Below are positions 10,122 to 19,419 of a DNA stretch of 48,153 nucleotides, in pieces. A program made the position numbers and the translations under genes. Positions within the stretch are counted from its first letter, which is position 1; each line of letters begins with the position of its first letter. Location of the stretch: assembly GCA_044464585.1 (NCBI GenBank), contig JBIQLF010000007.1, positions 10,304-58,456 of the forward strand, in the 5' to 3' direction. This DNA is from Thermomicrobia bacterium (lineage in GTDB: Bacteria > Chloroflexota > Chloroflexia > Thermomicrobiales > UBA6265). The notes beneath the pieces were generated by a model. That model made no database searches, was not told the DNA's origin, and was given only the letters and a program-made list of their open reading frames with translations.

Positions 10122-10606
10122 TGCTCGATCCCGATGCGCGAAAGAAATTGCTGCGATCGTTTACCTATGGCCTCTTCTGGGCCACGGCGGAGCACGCGGG
10201 GGAGCGCGGCGCTTTCACAGTCAACTGGGTGAGCCAGGCGTCGTTCGATCCGCCCGTGATCATGATGTCGGTCGAGAAGATCAGCTCGACATTGCCGCTC
10301 ATCCGGGAGAGTGGCCGTTTCGTGATCGGGCCGTTTCGCTCCGACCAGCGCGAGCTGGCCGGCGATCTGGGCCGCCCCAAAGCGCGCGCTGGAGACAAGA
10401 TCGAGGTCTACGGTCTGGAGACCGTGCCAATGGAGTCTGGCGGATTCGCCTTGCAGGATTCGCTCGGTGGCCTCGCCTGCGAGGTTTGGTCGGAATCGGA
10501 CGCCGGGGATTCGGTCGTGCTGATCGCCGAGGTCGTCGAGGCGAAGGTGCTCGGCGACGGTGAGCCGCTGACGATGTCCGCCGCCGGATTTCGGCATTTC
10601 GGCTAG
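10118..10606 (+). CDS. Flavin reductase-like (split-barrel FMN-binding) protein
   Basis: FTVNWVSQASFDPP and AGDSVVLIAEV. Overlaps the E1 stop (GTGA). The usual GDH His is replaced by Ser. Confidence 0.88.
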   Translation: MMLDPDARKKLLRSFTYGLFWATAEHAGERGAFTVNWVSQASFDPPVIMMSVEKISSTLPLIRESGRFVIGPFRSDQRELAGDLGRPKARAGDKIEVYGLETVPMESGGFALQDSLGGLACEVWSESDAGDSVVLIAEVVEAKVLGDGEPLTMSAAGFRHFG

Positions 10607-10617
10607 CGGTGTGCCTG

Positions 10618-10674
10618 GTCGCGGGTCCGGTGTCCAGGATTCAGCGCGCATTCGCCGAACCCTGGACCCGCGGC
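10618..10674. terminator. Hairpin between convergent genes (probable terminator)
   Basis: GTCGCGGGTCCGG (10618-10630) pairs with CTGGACCCGCGGC (10662-10674) using two G-U pairs. Confidence 0.5.
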
Positions 10675-11892
10675 TCAAAGCTGATATGCCGTTTCCCCGT
10701 GAAGGGAGAGATCGAGCCCTTCGATCTCGGCGGCTTCCGGGGCGCGCAGCCGGAACAGAGCGTCGACTACTTTCAGCAGAACGAAACTGACGATAGCGAC
10801 GTAGACGATCACGGCGCAGATCGCGACGAACTGTTTCACCAGTTGCTCGGGATTACCGGCCAGCAGTCCGTCCGATCCGATGCCGTTCAGGGACCGGTCC
10901 GCGAAGACTCCAGTTGCCAGTGCGCCCCAGATACCGCCGACTCCATGCACGGCGAAGACATCCAGGGCATCATCGACTTGCCGGCCGGACCGCATCCATT
11001 CGGTGGCAACGAAACAGACGACTCCCGCCACCAGCCCGATCACGATCGACGCCATGGGACCGACGAATCCCGCCGCGGGGGTGATCGCCACCAGTCCGAC
11101 CACCGCGCCGATACCCGTGCCCAGCACCGACGGTTTGCCGGTGCGCCGCCAGCCCATCGCGACCCACGTGAGACCACCGGCGGCCGCCGAGAGCGTGGTG
11201 GCGATGAAGGCGCTGGCCGCGAGGGCGTCGGCCGCGAGCGCGCTGCCGGCATTGAAGCCATACCAGCCGAACCAGAGCAGACCGGCTCCGATCAGCGTCA
11301 TGGGAATATCGTGCGGGGTGTGATCTTCGATGTCGAGATCGACCCTGCGGCCGATCACGCTGGCGGCGATGAGGGCGGTCACCCCCGATGCGATATGCAC
11401 GACGGTTCCACCGGCGAAATCCATGGCGCCATAATTCAGCAGCCACCCGCCGGGCGCCCAGACCCAATGGCAGACGACCGAATAGACCAGGGTCGACCAG
11501 AGAATGGCGAAGACGATGAAGGCCCTGAAGTTCTTGCGTTCGGCAAAGGCTCCGGAAATGAGCGCAACCGAGATGATGGCGAACATCATCTGGAAGAACA
11601 TAAAGACATTTGCCGGGACGCCCGTTGCACCGGGAGACACGTCGACGCCGCGTAAGAAGACGTGATCGAGATTGCCGATGAGTGATTGGCTGCCGCTGAA
11701 CGCCAGCGAGTAGCCCCACAACGCCCAGACGATCGCGACCAGGCACAGGATGAAATAGCTGTGCATCAGGGTCGAAAGCACGTTCTTCTTCCGCACCAGA
11801 CCGCCATAGAACAGACCCAGCCCTGGCGTCATCAACATGACCAGGGCCGATGACACCAGAACCCAGGCGGTGTTGCCAGTGTCGAGCTGCAT
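10675..11892 (-). CDS. amt: Ammonium transporter (Amt family)
   Basis: MTPGLGLFYGG, FQMMFA, DFAGGTVVH, LWFGWYGFNAGS, DDALDVFAVHG, EIEGLD. Confidence 0.97.
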   Translation of the reverse strand: MQLDTGNTAWVLVSSALVMLMTPGLGLFYGGLVRKKNVLSTLMHSYFILCLVAIVWALWGYSLAFSGSQSLIGNLDHVFLRGVDVSPGATGVPANVFMFFQMMFAIISVALISGAFAERKNFRAFIVFAILWSTLVYSVVCHWVWAPGGWLLNYGAMDFAGGTVVHIASGVTALIAASVIGRRVDLDIEDHTPHDIPMTLIGAGLLWFGWYGFNAGSALAADALAASAFIATTLSAAAGGLTWVAMGWRRTGKPSVLGTGIGAVVGLVAITPAAGFVGPMASIVIGLVAGVVCFVATEWMRSGRQVDDALDVFAVHGVGGIWGALATGVFADRSLNGIGSDGLLAGNPEQLVKQFVAICAVIVYVAIVSFVLLKVVDALFRLRAPEAAEIEGLDLSLHGETAYQL

Positions 11893-12310
11893 GATCTCTC
11901 ACCTCCACGGCAAAGCGAACGAACAACTGGCAGTCTAGAGAGGGGTTTGGGTCATGCCTACGGGTCCGATGCATGAGTCGGGCGTTGAATACTGTTCGAA
12001 TTGCACTAATACTGATTGGTCTCGGTAATGAGCTCTTTGCTCGCCGGTTGGTACATCCAACCCAGGAGGCGATATTTTGTTCGCCGGGAACAAGGATCGA
12101 GGTTCGGTCGGCTCCGCCTATTCCGCGAGCCCGCCCCGGACGCCGGAGCCTATCGAACGCCGCCATGACCGACCTCGGTCGCTTCGCCTCGATATTGGCC
12201 CGGGCACGCCAGAGGCTCCTTATCATCTGACCGGCAAGGACATCGTATACTCGCCCGGAGCCTTGGACAGTGTGGTTAGGGTGTTGCTCGCTTCAAGTGG
12301 CTATCGAGGC

Positions 12311-14935
12311 ATGCCGGTGTCCCACGAACCGATGAACGGAGATCCGGGCAAGGAACCCGTTCTCGTGAGCACAACCGATATGGACGACGAAACGGGAGTA
12401 AAGCGCCAGCGACGCCTCGTGCCGCGTCGCCGCCGGATCGCCGCACCGCCACCCGCGGTCGAACCGGTGGACGGTCTCGTCGAGCCGGTCATCGAAACTG
12501 CGCCGGTGCGCGCGCTGCCCGAGACCGCGGTTTCGCGGGGCGGAACGTTGCCGCCGTCGATCAGCTGGGAAACGGTCGCGTATGGGGTGATGGTCCTGCT
12601 GGCGATCTTCACCCGATTCTGGGATTTGGGTCAAAAAGCGCTCCATCATGACGAGTCGCTGCATGCCTATTACTCGTGGGTGTATTCGATCGGCAATGGC
12701 TACCGCCACGATCCGCTCATGCACGGGCCGTTTCTTTTCCATTTCAATGCGCTGATCTATCTGCTGTTCGGTGATTCGGATGCCACCTCCCGCTATGGAC
12801 CGGCCTTCTTCGGGGTGCTGATGGTGGCGATGCCGTGGTTGCTGCGCGGGCCGAGATTCCTGGGCAAATATGGGGCGCTGGCCGCGAGCTTCTTCATTCT
12901 CGTTTCTCCGTCGATTCTGTATCAGAGTCGCTATATCCGGCATGACATCTATACGATCGGCGGCACCCTCTTCCTCTTCATCTGCATCTTCCGCTATCTG
13001 GAAACCCCGCGGCGCGCCTGGTTGATTGCCGGGTCCGCAACGCTGGCTTTCCTCTTCACCAATCACGAAATCGTCTTCGCCATCGCCGCCATCTTCTTCC
13101 TTTTCCTCTATGGCGCGGCGATGATCGAGCAGTTCACCGCCTTCCGGCGCACCGGCGACCGCCGGGCATGGGAGCTGGTGGGGGTGCATGCCGGATACCT
13201 GATCGGTATGCTGTTGCTGCTCGTGGCGGTGCCGTCCTCGCATCGACACGACCTGCTCGATATCCCCTGGGAAAATCCGACGCCGGCCCAGGAAAACGCC
13301 TATTACAAGATGTTCGTCACCAACCCGCTCGTGATCGGCGCGACCATTCTGACGATCGCGTTCCTGGTGGGACTCTGGTGGGTGCTGGGCCGAAATCGAC
13401 CCACGGTCGCGAGCGCGCCGTCCGAGAATGCCGAACCAGCGGAGCTACCGGCGGCGCCCGCGGGTGGGCGCGTCTACATGACCCCGGCCGATGGCTTCTC
13501 GGTGACGAGCGCGCTCAAGACCGCGTGGATGGACAAGACTGGCCTGCTGCTGACCGCTGGCGCCTTCCTGCTGGTGTTCGTGCCGCTCTATACGAGTATG
13601 TTCACCAACATGGCTGGGCTCCGGTCCTCGACCATCGACACCGACGGGACCTTGCTCTATTGGCTGGGGCAGCACGATTACCGCCGCGGCGATCAGCCCT
13701 GGTTCTATTTCATCGTCCTGCTGCCGCAATACGAATTCATCGTGGCGACATTGGGCGCGGTGCTGATGACGGTCACATTCGTCCGGGCGGGAGCCGCGTT
13801 GCTCGGCTGGCGGGCTGGCCGGCAGCTCTTCTTCCGGTTCTTCCTTTCCGTCTGGTTCGTCTTGATCTTCGCCGGGCTGTCCTATGCCGGAGAGAAGATG
13901 CCGTGGCTGCTGGTGCATATCTCCCTGCCTGGTTGCCTGCTGGCTGCCGCGATGGTCGGGGCGCTCGTCGATATGGCGATCGCGAAGCGGTCTCGCGGTG
14001 TCGAGGCGATCCGGGAACCGGAATGGTTTGGGCTTGCCCCGCGTGATTGGGGTTTGGCCGGGATGATCGTCCTGTTGGGAGCGGCGTTCGTATGGATCGC
14101 TGGACCGCTCACATTCGGGCAATTCATCGGAACACCCGATGGATCGCATGCTGGCATCCGCCGCGCTGTTACCGAGGCAGCCGCGGATAACTGGTGGTGG
14201 CTGGCGATTCCATTCCTGCTGACCGCCGCGCTCATCATTGGCTGGATCGTCTGGCGTGGAATTCAGCGCACGTCGTTTGCTGTGATGTCCGCGTTGATTC
14301 TTGGATTGACATTGCTCCAGGTACACGCCGGTTGGCGGATGAGCATGTACGAGGCCGATGTGCCCAAGGACATGCTGATCTATACGCAGACATCGCCGGA
14401 TGTGACCCGGGTGATGAGCGAGATTACAGCGCTTTCCGATGAGTTGACCGGTGGCCAGCATCTCGAAGTCTGGTACGACAGTGATGTTTCCTGGCCGTTC
14501 CAATGGTATCTGCGTGATTTCGATCGCGCCCGGTTCATCGGCGCGTCGCTTTCGCAAGATCCCGGCACTGCCTCCGTGTTGCTGCTCGGCGGCAATGCCG
14601 ATATGAACGGTCAGTTTTTGCAGAACTACACGGCCACCAATTATGTGCTGCGCTGGTGGTTCCCGGAAGAAACCTACCGCGGATTCGCGATTGCGCCGGA
14701 AATCCCGGTGGGGCGAAGTGCCTGGCGTTCCACGGATCAGCCACACGGTCCAATCGACATTCTGCGCTCGATTTTCGACACGGTCGAGGGCGAGCAGAAT
14801 ATGGACAATCAACTGCGGCTCTACCGGCTGCTGATGTACCGCGATCTCGACTGGGAAATCGGTCAGACCCCATTCCGTCTCTATGTACGCAACGATCTGC
14901 TTCCGCTCTTCAACTCGATCCGGTATTCGCAATAG
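12311..14935 (+). CDS. TIGR03663/Agl23-type GT-C (PMT-like) membrane glycosyltransferase
   Basis: ALHHDESLHAYYSW, YRHDPLMHGP, SRYIRHD, EKMPW; more than 12 hydrophobic segments and a soluble C-terminal region. Start uncertain (12311 chosen). Confidence 0.85.
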   Translation: MPVSHEPMNGDPGKEPVLVSTTDMDDETGVKRQRRLVPRRRRIAAPPPAVEPVDGLVEPVIETAPVRALPETAVSRGGTLPPSISWETVAYGVMVLLAIFTRFWDLGQKALHHDESLHAYYSWVYSIGNGYRHDPLMHGPFLFHFNALIYLLFGDSDATSRYGPAFFGVLMVAMPWLLRGPRFLGKYGALAASFFILVSPSILYQSRYIRHDIYTIGGTLFLFICIFRYLETPRRAWLIAGSATLAFLFTNHEIVFAIAAIFFLFLYGAAMIEQFTAFRRTGDRRAWELVGVHAGYLIGMLLLLVAVPSSHRHDLLDIPWENPTPAQENAYYKMFVTNPLVIGATILTIAFLVGLWWVLGRNRPTVASAPSENAEPAELPAAPAGGRVYMTPADGFSVTSALKTAWMDKTGLLLTAGAFLLVFVPLYTSMFTNMAGLRSSTIDTDGTLLYWLGQHDYRRGDQPWFYFIVLLPQYEFIVATLGAVLMTVTFVRAGAALLGWRAGRQLFFRFFLSVWFVLIFAGLSYAGEKMPWLLVHISLPGCLLAAAMVGALVDMAIAKRSRGVEAIREPEWFGLAPRDWGLAGMIVLLGAAFVWIAGPLTFGQFIGTPDGSHAGIRRAVTEAAADNWWWLAIPFLLTAALIIGWIVWRGIQRTSFAVMSALILGLTLLQVHAGWRMSMYEADVPKDMLIYTQTSPDVTRVMSEITALSDELTGGQHLEVWYDSDVSWPFQWYLRDFDRARFIGASLSQDPGTASVLLLGGNADMNGQFLQNYTATNYVLRWWFPEETYRGFAIAPEIPVGRSAWRSTDQPHGPIDILRSIFDTVEGEQNMDNQLRLYRLLMYRDLDWEIGQTPFRLYVRNDLLPLFNSIRYSQ

Positions 14936-14959
14936 CGCATCCGCCTGGAAAGGTTTCGC

Positions 14960-17890
14960 GTGGCCGAGGCAACCGCTGATATGACATTCGAACGAGACCA
15001 GGGACGATCGATCGATCTGACCCGGGTCTCCTGGTGGACGGCCGGCGCCATCGTGCTGATCGCGCTCAGCCTGGGTATCCGCCTGGCGAAGCTTGGGTGG
15101 CTGCCGCTGTCGGTTTCCGAGGCGAACCGCGCCTTCCAGGCGCTGGCGTTGTTCGATGGGCGGGCGCTGGCCCCGGGCGAGCATATCGCCCGGCTCGAAC
15201 CCGCGATGCTACTGGGGCAAAGCGGCAGCTTCTTCTTGTTCGGAGCGACCGACAATGCCGCCCGATTGATTTCCGCGTTGGCCGGCACGTGCATCGTGCT
15301 GCTGGCGCTGGCGCTGAGTCCGTTCATCGGCCGGGCTGCCTCGATGGCCATGGCGGTCCTGGTGGCATTTTCGCCGACCATGCTCTTTGCCTCCCGTACG
15401 GCCGAACCGCAAATCCTGATCGCCTTTTTCGCGCTGTTGCTGCTGGTCGGCTTTCTCTTCAACGGCCGGTCGCCGTCGCGCCGGTGGACCGCCGGGATGG
15501 GGCTGGCGCTGGGCGGCATGCTGGCCTCGGGACCGGCGTCGATCTCCGTGCTGCTCTGTATGATCGTCGGGGTCGTCGCGGCCGGACTCGTCGATTCAGA
15601 CGGGGAGGGCGCCATTCGGCGGGCGTTCGGTGGATTGCGATCCGGAATGGACGGTCTGCTGGTGCTCGGGCTGACCTTTCTCGGAACGGTCGTGGTGCTC
15701 TTCAGCCATGGGCTGAGCTCGGTGAGCGCGTTGCGTGGCGCTCCGGAAACGGTCGCGAACTGGGGGCGTCTGATCGTCACCACCCCGAGCACGACCCCAA
15801 CCCAGTTCTTCCTGCTCGTGATCCTGCTCTATGAGATTCTGGCGTTGTTCTGCGCGCTGGTCGGATTCGCGGTCGAAGGGACCGAACGCAAGGGCCGGCT
15901 GAGCTCGCTCTTCTTTCTCGGCTGGTTCGTTGCCTCGCTCGTGCTCTTCAGCTTCTCTTCTGGTCGAGCGCCCCAGCAAGCGGTTCTCGTGATCCTGCCG
16001 CTGGTGCTTTGGGCGGGCATGGGAGCCGGGGCGCTGCTGGAAGCGGTCGACTGGTCGCGGGTGGCGGGGCGACAGGCGCTTCTGCTGGTGTCGACCGTAT
16101 TCGGATTGCTGCTCGCTGTGATTGCCTCGATCGCGGCGCTCGGGCGCATTCGGGATTCGCACGATCAAACCCGCATGGTGATCGAGGCGCTGATGATCGC
16201 GGTGATTGCGGTGGCGCCGCTGGGCTACCTGACGTTCATCCAGTTGCCGCGCACCGCGGTCGACGACGCGGACCGGCCTGCACGTGCCTGGCGAACGCCA
16301 TTGCTTGCGATCGCGACCGCGATCATCCTGCTCTTTGCGCTCTACACCATGCGCTCGACGGTGATGCTGAATTATTTCCGGGCCGATGGCAGTCAGGAGC
16401 TGTTGGCTCAGCGCACCTCGACGCCGGCGATCACCGCGTTCGCCAGCCGAATCACCAATGTCTCCCGCGATCTCGCGGTGGCGGGCGCATCGCCGCAAGA
16501 TCCGGAGGGCGGCCATTCGATCACCATCGATATCGAGCAACGGGTGAAATCGCCCTTCCGCTGGTATCTACGCGACTTTCCGCATGTCACCATCGTTCCC
16601 AATGGCGAAGCGGGCAAAACCGGCGCCGATCTGGTGATCGTGCAGGATCAGGCGGGAATCGATCAAGCGGCCTATACCCCGCAGACCTTGCCCTATCGCA
16701 ACCGGATTCCACCGCAATATGTGACCCCCTCGATCGGTACGGTGCTGAAGTCGATCGTTTTCCCGAGCCATTGGGAACAGGGCGTGCGATTCCTGCTCTA
16801 TCGCACGGGCATTACCGCTCCCGATCCGGAAACGGTCATCGCGGGCTATGGCAAGCGTATCGCCAACCAGCTCCAACCGAGCTCGGGTCCGTATAGCTTG
16901 AACGACCGGCCCGGTCCGGGCGCCGGTCGTGGCCAGTTCGACCAGCCGCGCGGTATCGCCGCGGATATCACCACGGGCAATACCTATGTGGTCGATATGG
17001 GCAACCACCGGGTCGAAAGCTTCGGCGCCGACGGATCGTTCGCCGGAAGTTGGGGCGGCGCCGATGGCAGCGTTGCCTTCGGGTCGACCGATGCCGGTCT
17101 CGGACCCACCGGTATCGCTGTCGGATTCGATGGGCTCATCTATGTGGCCGATACCTGGAATCACCGGGTGGTCGTGCTGAACGGCAATGGCGATGTGGTG
17201 CGGATCTTCGGGTCCTTCGGCGACACCCAGGATGCGCCGGACGCATCCCCGGAACCCGGTCTCTTCTTTGGTCCGCGGGATGTTGCCGTAACCGGAGACG
17301 AAATCTTCGTGGTGGATACCGGTAACGAGCGGGTTCAGGTCTTTTCGCCAGATGGCACATTCTTGCGGTCCTGGGGTGGCCGGGGTGATGGACCCGCGCA
17401 GTTCGTCGAACCGGTTGGTATCACCATCGGACCGGATGGCCGCGTGTATGTGGCCGATTCGGGTAATGCCCGGATCAGCGTATTCCAGCGGGACGGTACA
17501 CCGATCGCCCAGTGGCCCATCGAAATCTGGACCGGCCAGCAGTATTTCGAACCCTATCTGGCGATCGACAACAATGGCGTGCTCTACGCTACCTCGTCCG
17601 CGACTGGCACGATCGAGGTCTACGATCTGGACGGCCGTTTCATCACCAGTCTCGATGGTAGCGGTCTGGAGCAATTCCAGCGGCCGTTCGGGATCACGCA
17701 GGGCGCCAATTTGCAAATGATGGTGACCGATGGCGGACTGAACGCGGTCCTGCAATTCGCGCCGATCGAAGCGCCGGAGGAAGAACCGGCCTCGCCCGAG
17801 GCATCGCCGGACGCGTCTCCGGTGGCGAGCGAGGCGAGTCCAGCGGCCTCCGGAATCGAAGTGGAACCGACGGCGACCGCGGCTGGTTAG
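14960..17890 (+). CDS. Divergent GT-C-like membrane protein fused to a C-terminal NHL-repeat beta-propeller
   Basis: Collinear similarity to the upstream gene (LFGATDNAAR vs LFGDSDATSR; PFRWYLRDF vs PFQWYLRDF). NHL repeats (GQFDQPRGIA, IYVADTWNHRV, YVADSGNARI) and an ASPEASP tail. Confidence 0.85.
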   Translation: MAEATADMTFERDQGRSIDLTRVSWWTAGAIVLIALSLGIRLAKLGWLPLSVSEANRAFQALALFDGRALAPGEHIARLEPAMLLGQSGSFFLFGATDNAARLISALAGTCIVLLALALSPFIGRAASMAMAVLVAFSPTMLFASRTAEPQILIAFFALLLLVGFLFNGRSPSRRWTAGMGLALGGMLASGPASISVLLCMIVGVVAAGLVDSDGEGAIRRAFGGLRSGMDGLLVLGLTFLGTVVVLFSHGLSSVSALRGAPETVANWGRLIVTTPSTTPTQFFLLVILLYEILALFCALVGFAVEGTERKGRLSSLFFLGWFVASLVLFSFSSGRAPQQAVLVILPLVLWAGMGAGALLEAVDWSRVAGRQALLLVSTVFGLLLAVIASIAALGRIRDSHDQTRMVIEALMIAVIAVAPLGYLTFIQLPRTAVDDADRPARAWRTPLLAIATAIILLFALYTMRSTVMLNYFRADGSQELLAQRTSTPAITAFASRITNVSRDLAVAGASPQDPEGGHSITIDIEQRVKSPFRWYLRDFPHVTIVPNGEAGKTGADLVIVQDQAGIDQAAYTPQTLPYRNRIPPQYVTPSIGTVLKSIVFPSHWEQGVRFLLYRTGITAPDPETVIAGYGKRIANQLQPSSGPYSLNDRPGPGAGRGQFDQPRGIAADITTGNTYVVDMGNHRVESFGADGSFAGSWGGADGSVAFGSTDAGLGPTGIAVGFDGLIYVADTWNHRVVVLNGNGDVVRIFGSFGDTQDAPDASPEPGLFFGPRDVAVTGDEIFVVDTGNERVQVFSPDGTFLRSWGGRGDGPAQFVEPVGITIGPDGRVYVADSGNARISVFQRDGTPIAQWPIEIWTGQQYFEPYLAIDNNGVLYATSSATGTIEVYDLDGRFITSLDGSGLEQFQRPFGITQGANLQMMVTDGGLNAVLQFAPIEAPEEEPASPEASPDASPVASEASPAASGIEVEPTATAAG

Positions 17891-17898
17891 CGTTGCAG

Positions 17899-17947
17899 AT
17901 GGCGACGGGCCGGACCCTGCCAAGGGTTTCCGGCCCGTCATCGTTTT
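17899..17947 (+). terminator. Intrinsic terminator
   Basis: Stem GACGGGCCGGA/TCCGGCCCGTC followed by ATCGTTTT, directly after the 17890 stop. Confidence 0.7.
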
Positions 17948-18006
17948 CGGGCGGAGAATGCCGAGACGGGCCTCCTCGATCACTCCCTGGTCACCCGGGT
18001 CCGGGA

Positions 18007-19209
18007 TTATTCGCTTTCCGGCTCCGGGGTGCCGCTGGGGGAGAGCAGCCAGTCCTCGAACCGTTCGGTGAGCTTGACCTCGTATTCGGCCCAGTAGCTC
18101 CAGTTCTCCACGAACTGCAACGGTTTGTTGCCGGGAGCCGATGGCAGGATGGCGACCCGGTCGTTTCGGATCAACGGGAAAGCATCGATATTGACCGGCC
18201 CATAGGGGACGAGCAAGGCGAAGTTCGCTTGCGGAATCGCCCGGGTGGCGAAATTGATGAAATCGAATGCCATATCGGCATTTGGCGCACCGCGCGGCAC
18301 CACCCAGGCATCGGCCGAGAGCATTCCCTGATACCAGTTGATGCGAACCGTATCGGTGAGATCCAATTGCGGGATGCGCACATTCCAGCTGCTGGCGATC
18401 CCCACGGCATCGGACGCTATCAGCTCGACCGGCTCCTTGCTTTCCTGCCACCAGACGAGCACATGGTCGCGAATCTTGTCCAGGGAGGCGAAGGCGCGGT
18501 CGGCGTCGAGCGGATAGAGCTCGTCCAGCGGAACGCCATCGGCGAGCAGGGCGAATTCGAGGGTGCCGATGGGATAGCGGCGCAGACACCGGAGATCCTT
18601 TTCTTCGATCTCGCCCTCTTCGGGGATCGGACCGACATCCCAAAAACTGGACCAGTCCTGGGGGATCCTGGGCGAGTTGGCGCCATAGATCATCGTGGCC
18701 GAGAAATACGCCACGCCGACTCCGTATTCGAGCGCGATGTCGGGGTAGAGCGGGGTGCGATCGACGACATCGTAGTTCATGGGCGCGATGACATGATCGC
18801 GCGCGAGCCGCACCATCTGCTCCATTGGCACGGTGAGCACATCCCAGACGACGTCTTCCGATTCGACCTGGTTGCGCAGGCTGCGAATATCGGCCACTTT
18901 TTGCTGGATGGTCGCGCCGGTGGCCGTGCTGAATGGCTCGAAGAATGCCGCGTCCTGCGCTTCCTGATAGTCGCCACCCCAGGCCGCCACGGTCAATGTG
19001 CGCCCCTCCCAACGGGTGGGATCGTTATAGGCCGGGATTGGCGAAGCGATCGGCGGTTGGGTCGGGGTCGGCGACGGCGCCTCGGTCGGCGATGGTTCCG
19101 GGGTCGAGGTCGGTTGGGTGGGATTCTCACGTTGCAATGTGCAACCGGAAACGCCGGCAACGAGCCCCAGCGCCCCAAGAGAGAGAACCGAACGTCGCGT
19201 ACGCTTCAC
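18007..19209 (-). CDS. Polyamine-type (PotD/PotF-like) ABC substrate-binding Tat lipoprotein
   Basis: TRRSVL twin-Arg signal with lipobox VSGC, Pro/Thr linker, LTVAAWGG, TLEFALLADGV, YGPVN. Confidence 0.9.
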   Translation of the reverse strand: MKRTRRSVLSLGALGLVAGVSGCTLQRENPTQPTSTPEPSPTEAPSPTPTQPPIASPIPAYNDPTRWEGRTLTVAAWGGDYQEAQDAAFFEPFSTATGATIQQKVADIRSLRNQVESEDVVWDVLTVPMEQMVRLARDHVIAPMNYDVVDRTPLYPDIALEYGVGVAYFSATMIYGANSPRIPQDWSSFWDVGPIPEEGEIEEKDLRCLRRYPIGTLEFALLADGVPLDELYPLDADRAFASLDKIRDHVLVWWQESKEPVELIASDAVGIASSWNVRIPQLDLTDTVRINWYQGMLSADAWVVPRGAPNADMAFDFINFATRAIPQANFALLVPYGPVNIDAFPLIRNDRVAILPSAPGNKPLQFVENWSYWAEYEVKLTERFEDWLLSPSGTPEPESE

Positions 19210-19419
19210 GTGTCGCCCGCCGTATCCATTCGAATGCCGGGCGATCCAGGACGCCCGGACTCATCTGCCAGCGATGCCGTCTGGCGCTGCCCGCGATCAT
19301 AGCGGAAGTCGGAATGATACGTGGCGGATCGACGCATACCCTGGAACGAATCAGGCTGGTAGGATGCTGCAGCCGGAGAACGACGGCCGGCGTCAGGATC
19401 GATGAGGACCATTCCGACC

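Noticed and set aside
13445-19012. Long antisense ORFs 13445..15184 and 16568..19012 (likewise 36279..37946, 37943..39583, 40782..42359)
   Set aside because: Arg/Gly/Pro-rich, motif-free frames overlapping well-supported genes, as expected in high-GC DNA.
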